From Candidatus Bathyarchaeota archaeon (GTDB lineage: Archaea > Thermoproteota > Bathyarchaeia > Bathyarchaeales > Bathycorpusculaceae), in the NCBI GenBank assembly GCA_963827165.1, contig CAWGZR010000011.1, forward strand, positions 64,001-128,000: a stretch of DNA of 64,000 nucleotides, in the 5' to 3' direction. Of this stretch, positions 10,940-18,624 are shown piece by piece. The notes below the pieces were generated by a model, which worked only from the letters and a program-made list of their open reading frames with translations, was not told the DNA's origin and searched no databases. Position numbers and translations under genes: made by a program. Numbering within the stretch: the first letter of the stretch is position 1; the number at the start of each line of letters is the position of its first letter.

Positions 10940-12193
10940 TTAGATCAGACCTACGAGTAGAAGTGATGCTAAGATGGTGACGACTACGGCGACCGCGGCG
11001 ATTGCGATTCTTTTTGGCATTGAGAATTCTGGTTTGAGGGTTCCAACTATTGTCGTGGATAACGCGCCAATCCAGATGTAGGAAATGATGAACATGAGTA
11101 AAACGACGGTTGTGAAGCCTGCTGTGGCAGAGTTGATGTTGTTGAGTATTGTTTGGGACTGTGCTGTTAGGTTGCTTGCTGTTCCCGCGTAGGTTGTTGC
11201 TCCGAAAAAGTTGAAGCGAACTCCAAGAGCTATGTCGTAAGGATAGTAGAGCGTGGGCAAGGTGGCTGCGGCTACTAGGTTAACTACTGCTCTGATGTCC
11301 AGCACGATCAGGGCGCATCCCGTGGCGATGAAGAGGGGTTTCCAAACATGAGCGGTTTTTAACCCGTAAAAGAACAGGTAGATTATCCCAGTTAAGATGA
11401 ACCAGACTAGAATGTATTCGAAACCATACGAAGATAGGAACTGCTCAAGAAGGCCGAGGCTGTTGGCCTGTTCGGGCGACTGGAATTGTCCTCTGAAGTA
11501 TAATGCGCCGATTCGTAGGGTAACGTTTGAGCTGGTTGGATACGTTAGGCTTAGCTGTAAAGCCGTAATGTTGCCCCATGAAGGTGTACCCGTAGGGGTC
11601 CAGCCTGAGGCTTTTGTTCCAAGAGGGATGGTCAGATTGTTCCAAACTCCGACTGTGCCCGTGCTAAGAGATGAGGTTAAGTCGTAAGTGTAGTAACTTG
11701 TGTCATTAAGTGAATATAGAGTTAAGTCAACGTTTTTAGGCATCGAAGATGGAACGACCTGTTTTATTGTCATAGACAGGTTTTGGTAGCCAGAAGGGCT
11801 GCAGTCGACGTTGAAAACGTTTCCTAACGCAGCGGTAATATTATTTGTGTTTAGAGCGTTCATTTCCAAACTACTGTTTCCAAACAGGCTGTAGTCGGAG
11901 TCGAGGGCTGCAACATAAATGGTGTAGTTGAAGGGGTCAGCAAAATTGTTGCTTAAAGCGACATTTGACGAGCTACTCCACGACGTCGCGTTGATGAAAT
12001 TCTGTTGGTCGCCAACTTGAGGAACAGTGTTCTCTGTGTAAATCCTGGAGAACTGCACAAACTCGAAACCTATCATTAACCCAACGAAAAGAAACAGAAC
12101 CAGAAGTGCAGCCAAGTATTTTGGGTTTTCAATAATTTTTTTGAAGGCTTTCGAAGGTGCATAAACTACTTGTGCAAGGTCACTGAGAAACAA
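10940..12193 (-). CDS. Yip1-like membrane protein with large N-glycosylated extracellular insert
   Basis: N-terminal 'VVYAPSKAFKKI' Yip1-like motif, TM helices at both ends, many N-x-S/T sequons in between. Confidence 0.6.
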   Translation of the reverse strand: MFLSDLAQVVYAPSKAFKKIIENPKYLAALLVLFLFVGLMIGFEFVQFSRIYTENTVPQVGDQQNFINATSWSSSSNVALSNNFADPFNYTIYVAALDSDYSLFGNSSLEMNALNTNNITAALGNVFNVDCSPSGYQNLSMTIKQVVPSSMPKNVDLTLYSLNDTSYYTYDLTSSLSTGTVGVWNNLTIPLGTKASGWTPTGTPSWGNITALQLSLTYPTSSNVTLRIGALYFRGQFQSPEQANSLGLLEQFLSSYGFEYILVWFILTGIIYLFFYGLKTAHVWKPLFIATGCALIVLDIRAVVNLVAAATLPTLYYPYDIALGVRFNFFGATTYAGTASNLTAQSQTILNNINSATAGFTTVVLLMFIISYIWIGALSTTIVGTLKPEFSMPKRIAIAAVAVVVTILASLLLVGLI

Positions 12194-12551
12194 TCTCTTG
12201 GCTCCTCGCTATGTGTGTTTCACAGTTACTAATTAAAGTATTTGTCATTTCCACAAGTCACATATTGAGTTTTAGCCCAAGAGCCAAGTAAAGCTTCAAG
12301 TTTTCAAAGGGTGACTCTCCTTGAGCAAATTGATAGACGACATAGACCATACTTCTTAATTTCGTCAGTGGTCAGAACCCCTTAACAATTGAAGAATAGT
12401 AAAGAAACAGAAACACTATACACTTGCCGTCTAAAAAATTTACTGTGATAAAGTCGGCAATACTCCAGACGAATTAATTGTTGCTACATATTGTAACATC
12501 ATAATCTATATACCGTTTCATACCGTACTTTGCGGTAAAGAGTTAATCCAA

Positions 12552-12677
12552 TTGGTTGAATGCCCTAAATGTCATAAAGAGGTTTCAAAACCTCAAGCAT
12601 CATTACAGAATAGCTATTTTCAAATCGAAGCATATACCTGTAGTGAATGCAAGGACAAGTTTAAGGTAATAAAATAG
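12552..12677 (+). CDS. Unannotated 41-aa zinc-ribbon small protein (MVECPKCHKEVSKPQASLQNSYFQIEAYTCSECKDKFKVIK)
   Basis: TTG start, CPKC...CSEC pair, TATATA at 12507-12512 and T-run after the stop; below the ORF-track cutoff. Confidence 0.7.
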   Translation: MVECPKCHKEVSKPQASLQNSYFQIEAYTCSECKDKFKVIK

Positions 12678-12797
12678 GGGCTTTTTGCTTCTTAACAAAT
12701 TAAAAAACGCTGTTGATTCTATACATCGCAGAGTTTTGCGAAGTTGTTCGGAGTATACACTAAAGGAATTGGTTTTAAGGGGTAGCCGAATAACGGT

Positions 12798-12914
12798 TTA
12801 ATTTTTATTTTTTTGGTTAGCCCTCACTTTTTCTTCTCTTCCAAAACAGAAATTCTTATAACAAGAAGCACAGTTTCCAGAACATTCATTAATTTTAGTG
12901 TCTTCCTGACTCAA
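12798..12914 (-). CDS. Possible 38-aa Cys-rich small protein (MSQEDTKINECSGNCASCYKNFCFGREEKVRANQKNKN)
   Basis: TTG start after purine-rich GGGAAAGAGA; CxxxCxxCxxxxC motif. Confidence 0.35.
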   Translation of the reverse strand: MSQEDTKINECSGNCASCYKNFCFGREEKVRANQKNKN

Positions 12915-13450
12915 TCTCTTTCCCCAAGCATAATATTACCTTCTCAGTCGCTAATATGTCCGTATAGAGGTTACTTCTATATTGATTCCTCAAACTGCTT
13001 TAGAACCCTCCTACCACTTTGCAATATGGTTGCAAAAATTTTAAAGCCCTAACTTTTCTATGTTTCTTTGTTTAACTACTAAATGAATGCCTCAATTTTG
13101 ACTTAAGGTCCTAATTTCCGTGTATTAAATCAACTGATTAAACATAGCTCTTGGTGATTTCTCTTAGCGGGCCAATTTTACCTCAGACTCAAAAGGCTAA
13201 AACTTTTAATAAAGTTAGGCAAATTAGGTTGAAAATTTCGCCTTATGTACGCTATGGGCTAAAATTGGCTTATTTTGGGCTTATTTGGTTTGAATTTGAC
13301 CATTACCCATTTCGCCTTGATTCGTTAAAATAAACAAGTAAACGACCCACAAAATAATCTTCTTTTATCAAAATAACCCCTCTGCCGCTCTGGTGTACCA
13401 GGTTCGAACGATCCCTCTAGAGCTGACCGCCGACAAAAACTAAAGTTGCT

Positions 13451-13801
13451 TCATGAAGATTTTAACCACTTTTTAGCTAACTGATTTGCTTCTTTTTGGT
13501 TTTTGCCATATGTGGACGGGTCTGCTTTTCGTTCGTCATGGTTTAACCACGCATGTGCAACCTCATGTGCAATAGTGAATTCAGAATTGTTAGCTCGCAA
13601 AATAATAAAGAAGGGTTTTTCAATAATTTGTTCTTTACAAATTGTGCTGGCACGACCTTCGATAAATTGAACATTTTTATCAACGAATTCCTGAACTTCA
13701 TCAGGTAGTTTGGATAGTGTTTCTGCAATTTTAGAAACCAAGACTATTGGTAACTGTGCATCAAGAACAAAGTACTTCTCGTCCAGTTTCTTATCTTTCA
13801 T
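13451..13801 (-). CDS. Minimal ImmA/IrrE-like (DUF955) HExxH metallopeptidase
   Basis: 'FTIAHEVAHAWLNH' plus downstream 'KEANQLA', matching the FTlAHElgH...EAn.fA pattern. Confidence 0.6.
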   Translation of the reverse strand: MKDKKLDEKYFVLDAQLPIVLVSKIAETLSKLPDEVQEFVDKNVQFIEGRASTICKEQIIEKPFFIILRANNSEFTIAHEVAHAWLNHDERKADPSTYGKNQKEANQLAKKWLKSS

Positions 13802-14049
13802 TCTTAGTCCTTCTTAGCTTCGGGTCTCAAAGTTTTATTTAAAGCTTTAATGGATAATTCGCTGACAAATATAACCAAAAATCGGTTGAAAAATAGAGTT
13901 TAACGCAAATAAAATTAGTTCGGCTATCCCACTAGGACATTAATTGACACTTAACCATTAACTAAGTTATTTTATCTTAATCTACCCCGAAGGTTTGATT
14001 TTAGTCACACCTTGAGTAAAATATGGCTACAGGTCTTGTGCTTTATTAG

Positions 14050-15558
14050 TTACATCCCGAGTTTAAAACGCCGATAAGTCTGGTAATCCACATATTCTAT
14101 GAATGGGTTTTCAGCTTGGAATTTCACATTGACTTTCTGGTGCTTCCGCTTGTCGACAAGCTGATTTGTGGTTCTAAGCAGGTACGCGTCGCTTCCAGCG
14201 CCTGAACCGTAACTTCCGACCAAAATAAGTTCTTCAGGTTTGGCGATATCAAGGACAGCAGCTAAACTCAGGGGTACGCAGCCCGAGTAGGTGTTGCCGA
14301 ACTTGTTAATCATAAGCCCCGGGAAATACTGCTCCTCTCTAAAACCAAGCTCCTTGGCTATTCTAACTGGAAACTGAGGGTTGGGCTGATGAGCGACGAA
14401 GTATCCGATGTCGCTTGCCTTGAGATTGCAACGTTCCATAAGTTTACAGGTTGATTTGCGGACATGCTTAAAGTAAGCTGGGTCACCTGTGAATCTTCCG
14501 CCATGCATAGGGAAAGGTTCGCCATCTCTACGCCAGAAATCAGGCGTGTCAGAAGTGCAAGAGTACCATCCTTCCATTTGGGCAATGACGTCATTTTTTC
14601 CGAAGATAAAAGCGGCGCCCCCGTAGCCCACAAAAGCATCGAGTTCGCCGCCTGGGCAGCCTCTTGGCGCTGCTTGAGAGTTATCGGCGCCGATAGCCAT
14701 CGCATATTTTACGCCTGAACGAGGGTAACTGACGAGGGCGCAAGCGTCTTTAAACATGCTTGTAGCTGCTTTGCAGGCAAACTCGGTGTCAACTGCGTCG
14801 ACGCCTTGGACATCGCCGTCTTCTTCTCCGAGCTTTAGCACCTGAGCTACCTTCGACGCGATCGGTTTAACTGCGTAAGGATTGGATTCTGAGCCGACGT
14901 AGACCTTGCCTACTAGGCTGCTGTCGATACCAGAATGGATCAGCGCGAGTTTTCCCGCTTCCACAGCCGCCGTCACTGAGTCTTCATCGACGAATGGTAC
15001 AGCGCGTTCTAATCCCGGTTCTTTTATTCGGAACCTTGAAGTGTAAACGCCGTAACCGACCACTCCAGGCAACTCGTACTCCTTGTTAGGGGCGGTTACC
15101 TTGTACTCTTGGTGTGGATAGTACTCGTCAGCTAAAGTGAAAGCCAACGAGATCGTTGGGACAACTTCGCTTTTTCCAACTGAGTAGCGCCTGCGAAAAC
15201 GGGGAACTACTTCTCTTCCCTCAAGACTCGCCAAATCCACATCCTTACCGTTCGCTATGAGTTGGTCAGTCAATCTTGCGGGTACACGGATTTTGCCGTT
15301 GTGAAAAGAAACAATTCCGTAGACGAAGCTGGAGAGCTTCATGAATTTGTTTGTGGGTTCATTGATAAATGTGCATAATTCAAGTTTTCCCTTGTCGTAA
15401 AACAAGTCGATGTTATCCATTTTTCCGTAGCTTTTTCTGCCGCAGTTACTGCAGTAGTCTCTGACTTCAAAATATTCTTTGCTGCAGCTCTGGCATCGGC
15501 TAGCCCGTAACCTGTCACCTAAATAGGAAACCCGTCGCTCAATCGGTTCACTGCTCAA
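14050..15558 (-). CDS. DUF35 (Zn-ribbon + OB-fold) / hydroxymethylglutaryl-CoA synthase fusion
   Basis: N-terminal CQSC...CSNC and OB-fold (~aa 1-145); HMGS motifs GSES (Glu), EFACKAAT (Cys), HQPN (His) and GNTYSG are all intact. Confidence 0.92.
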   Translation of the reverse strand: MSSEPIERRVSYLGDRLRASRCQSCSKEYFEVRDYCSNCGRKSYGKMDNIDLFYDKGKLELCTFINEPTNKFMKLSSFVYGIVSFHNGKIRVPARLTDQLIANGKDVDLASLEGREVVPRFRRRYSVGKSEVVPTISLAFTLADEYYPHQEYKVTAPNKEYELPGVVGYGVYTSRFRIKEPGLERAVPFVDEDSVTAAVEAGKLALIHSGIDSSLVGKVYVGSESNPYAVKPIASKVAQVLKLGEEDGDVQGVDAVDTEFACKAATSMFKDACALVSYPRSGVKYAMAIGADNSQAAPRGCPGGELDAFVGYGGAAFIFGKNDVIAQMEGWYSCTSDTPDFWRRDGEPFPMHGGRFTGDPAYFKHVRKSTCKLMERCNLKASDIGYFVAHQPNPQFPVRIAKELGFREEQYFPGLMINKFGNTYSGCVPLSLAAVLDIAKPEELILVGSYGSGAGSDAYLLRTTNQLVDKRKHQKVNVKFQAENPFIEYVDYQTYRRFKLGM

Positions 15559-16760
15559 TCTTTTTTCTCCCCTAAAATAGTCACGTAAGCCTTCGTTCCG
15601 AAGCCTTCAAACTCTGAAATGCACCCCTTCTTCGGTGACCCATCGACAAAGCTGACTTGTCGCGGCCCAGCCTCGCCTCTCAATTGCCGGAAAACCTCAA
15701 AAATCTGTGCTCCGCCAGTGGCTCCGAACGGGTTTCCATCCGCTTTTAAGCCGCCGTCGGTGTTGACGAAAAGTTGTTTTCCGTTTACTTCATAATAATT
15801 CTTGTTGTTTTGGTAGCTTTCGTAAATGTTTTTCCAAGCTGAACCGGGCTCGATGAAGCCTAAATCTTCAAGGCAAGCAAGCTCCATCATGGTAGACTGA
15901 TCGCTTATTTCGATAACTTGCATTTCGGTCAACTCGGTCTTAGCCGTTTGAAGAGCATTTTTCATGGCGATTTCAGCGGCTACAAAACGAGATAGATCAT
16001 CTCTTGCCGAGTAGTTCAGGTAGTCTGTGGCTGAAATGCATGCTAAAATAGAAATTGGTTTGTCGCACCGTTTTTTGGCGGTGGCTTCGCTTGTCAGGAT
16101 CAACGCGGAGGCGCCGTCTGAAATTGGGGAAAAATCATACATGCCTAAGGGTTTATGCGCTGTTTTTCTCGCGTGCAAAACCTGTTCGACTGTTATTGCT
16201 TTTTGATACTGGGCATTTTTGTTTTTGGTTGCATTTGCATGGTTCTTAACCGAAACGTACGCTAAGGCGGCATTTAGTTTGTCAAGGTTTTCGCCTGTTA
16301 TATGATGCTTCTTCATGTAGGCCCTAAGCAGCAGCTCATGGTTAGCTTCTGGGGTGCCGCCTGCGAAGTAGCTCCACGGGTCTTCGAGCAGCATTAAGTC
16401 GTCCCGTATTTTGTCCCATCGGTCCGTCATTTTTTCTATGCCGCCGACGAGGACGGTGTTGTAGACTCCTGCCTGAATCGCGTGGCAAGCAGTTAATAAC
16501 GCGGCGCTAAAAGAACGGGTGACCTCCATGGGCACATGTAGTTCGGTGAGTTCTGATAGGAAGCCTTCTTCCAAGCCCAGCTTGTTTGTTATCGGGAGAA
16601 AACAATCTGACATGTAGCAGGCTTCAAGGTCTTTTCTTTCTAAGCTGCATTCGTTTGAAGCGGCAAGCCATGCTTCTTCAATAAGTTTCTCGGGTTCTTT
16701 TCCATAATGCTCCCCGAACTTTGTTCTGCCAACAGCAACGATCGCTGGTCGATTTTGCAA
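15555..16760 (-). CDS. Archaeal SCP2-type thiolase homologue, apparently catalytically dead
   Basis: Thiolase fold ('GRTKFG', 'GGIEKM', 'KNHANATKN', 'SPISDGASAL', 'GGLKADGNPFGATG', 'QLRGEAG'). The CAS loop is deleted, HDCF reads SDQS and GHP reads GNP. Confidence 0.88.
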   Translation of the reverse strand: MQNRPAIVAVGRTKFGEHYGKEPEKLIEEAWLAASNECSLERKDLEACYMSDCFLPITNKLGLEEGFLSELTELHVPMEVTRSFSAALLTACHAIQAGVYNTVLVGGIEKMTDRWDKIRDDLMLLEDPWSYFAGGTPEANHELLLRAYMKKHHITGENLDKLNAALAYVSVKNHANATKNKNAQYQKAITVEQVLHARKTAHKPLGMYDFSPISDGASALILTSEATAKKRCDKPISILACISATDYLNYSARDDLSRFVAAEIAMKNALQTAKTELTEMQVIEISDQSTMMELACLEDLGFIEPGSAWKNIYESYQNNKNYYEVNGKQLFVNTDGGLKADGNPFGATGGAQIFEVFRQLRGEAGPRQVSFVDGSPKKGCISEFEGFGTKAYVTILGEKKD

Positions 16761-17077
16761 ATGAAGTCTTCCCTTTTCTGTAGCTCTTAACTTTTCTGAA
16801 ACGGCTATTAAGGGTTTGCCATATTTCTCATTAAAAACGCCCGAAAAGCCGATTACCTAATATAGAAATCACCCGACTTTTCTGGCAGGCGATTGCTTGG
16901 TAAAAGCCAAATCTCTGTTTACTGGGCTTCAGCAGAGAATCGACCACGTCTTTTGCAGGTGCGATTACATAAAGAAATTGGACAAAGTCACGCCTTAATG
17001 TTGGCACGTCGGAAACAGCTACTGCGGCGAATACAAAAAAGAACCAACCAAAAACAAAAGAAAAAGCAAACAGCCAC

Positions 17078-18475
17078 CTAATAAGAAACACGGCTTATCT
17101 CATTAGCTGTCAACTGACGTTTGAGGGTTTTAACAAGGTTCAGCAGGTCCCTACTTAACTCAACGGGGTAAATCAAAGCATCTGTCAGAGCTTTGTGCTC
17201 TTCTGGCAAATCCGCCAAGTTCTTGGCAGCATAGTCTCGAATTTTCTCAAGTGTGGGAAGAGCATAGGTTAATTTGCCTTTTTCCATCATCTTAATCAGC
17301 AATGGCTCGGCCTCAACTTCTTCATTCGATAAAGCAATCACGTCTTTCTCAAACTTCCCATTAGCATCTCTATGACGGTAAACCTGCTTTCTGCCTGGAA
17401 GAGTGATTTTGTCTTTGCTTAGCTTCATTATGGGTGAAAAGACACCGTCAGCCCTCATGGTTTCGCAGAGCTTGTAAATAACGTCTATGTAGGGTCTGTC
17501 CGCTGAAGTTCCCATTTTTGTTCCCACCCCAAAAGAATCAATCCGCGCGCACTTGCTGAGCAACTCTTGTATTTTGAATTCGTCTAAGTCGCCGCTGGCA
17601 AAGATTTTTATGTAATTTAAACCCTCTGCATCGAGGAACTTTCGAATTTTCTTGCTATCCTTTATCAGGTCGCCGCTGTCCAATCGCACGCCACCTAATT
17701 TGAAGCCTTTTGCCTCAAGTTCTTTGGCGATGACAGCGGCTTTTTCTGCACCTGATATGTCATCGTAGGTGTCTATTAGAAGTGTTGATTTGTCTGGGAA
17801 AGTTTTTGTAAAGGCTCGGAATGCATCGATTTCTTTGGGGTACGACATAATGAATGAATGCGCCATTGTTCCGAAGACTGGGATACCGTAAACTTGCCCT
17901 GCCAAAACATTGCTTGTTCCCTCGCAACCTGCAATGTAGCTGCTTCGCGCCACCTTCATTCCAGCGTCAACGCCCTGCTCTCTTCTGAGCCCGAACTCGA
18001 TAACTGGCTTGCCTTTGGCCGCGTGAACCACCCGGGACGCTTTTGTAGCTATCATGGTTTGCAGGTTAACTGTGTTAAGCAGGAAAGTCTCAACAAGTTG
18101 CGCCTCAATTATCGGTGCAGTAACACGGATCAAAGGTTCATTAGGAAAAACCACTGCGCCTTCCGGAACTGCCCAAACCTCACCTGTAAATTTGAAGCTG
18201 CCCAGGTAATCCAGAAAATCCTCTTTGAAACCCTGTTCTTTTAGGTAGCTTAAGTGCTCCTTGGTGAATTTGACTTTTTGTAGGTACATTAGGCTCTGCT
18301 CAAGTCCTGAGAAGAGGAAATAAGAGCGGTTTTCGGACAGTCTCCTGATGAACAAGTCGAAGGTGGCAGGCTCAAAGTTTTTGTTGTCAAAGTAGCTTGC
18401 ACACATGGTTAACTCATAAAAATCCGTGAATAAACTCATGTTTTCTTCTTTGAGAAAGTTAAGAAAAGAGTTCAT
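17078..18475 (-). CDS. pncB: Nicotinate phosphoribosyltransferase
   Basis: 'LFTDFYELTM', 'EFGLRR', 'GTMAHS', 'LIDTYD', 'VRLDSGD', 'SFGVGT'. Confidence 0.95.
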   Translation of the reverse strand: MNSFLNFLKEENMSLFTDFYELTMCASYFDNKNFEPATFDLFIRRLSENRSYFLFSGLEQSLMYLQKVKFTKEHLSYLKEQGFKEDFLDYLGSFKFTGEVWAVPEGAVVFPNEPLIRVTAPIIEAQLVETFLLNTVNLQTMIATKASRVVHAAKGKPVIEFGLRREQGVDAGMKVARSSYIAGCEGTSNVLAGQVYGIPVFGTMAHSFIMSYPKEIDAFRAFTKTFPDKSTLLIDTYDDISGAEKAAVIAKELEAKGFKLGGVRLDSGDLIKDSKKIRKFLDAEGLNYIKIFASGDLDEFKIQELLSKCARIDSFGVGTKMGTSADRPYIDVIYKLCETMRADGVFSPIMKLSKDKITLPGRKQVYRHRDANGKFEKDVIALSNEEVEAEPLLIKMMEKGKLTYALPTLEKIRDYAAKNLADLPEEHKALTDALIYPVELSRDLLNLVKTLKRQLTANEISRVSY

Positions 18476-18624
18476 GCGTTATTAGAGAATTGGCTATCGA
18501 TTTAATTCTTTCTAGATAGCATTTCTTTTAGGGCTTGATTGCTTGGCTATTTTGCGCTTGTACTGTTGGTGTTCTAACAAGTAGATTTAATAGCCCTGTC
18601 CAACAAAAGAGCAAATGATTTCTA

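Noticed and set aside
12321-12434. Possible remnant of an AsnC/HTH regulator (MSKLIDDID..ILL..) after a GGGTGA RBS
   Set aside because: Needs several frame changes to read; too degraded to support without an alignment.
13381-13434. GC-rich patch containing GGTTCGAA (tRNA T-loop-like) in the AT-rich gap
   Set aside because: No T-stem or acceptor pairing consistent with a tRNA and no matching repeat seen in the window; at most a weak hairpin.
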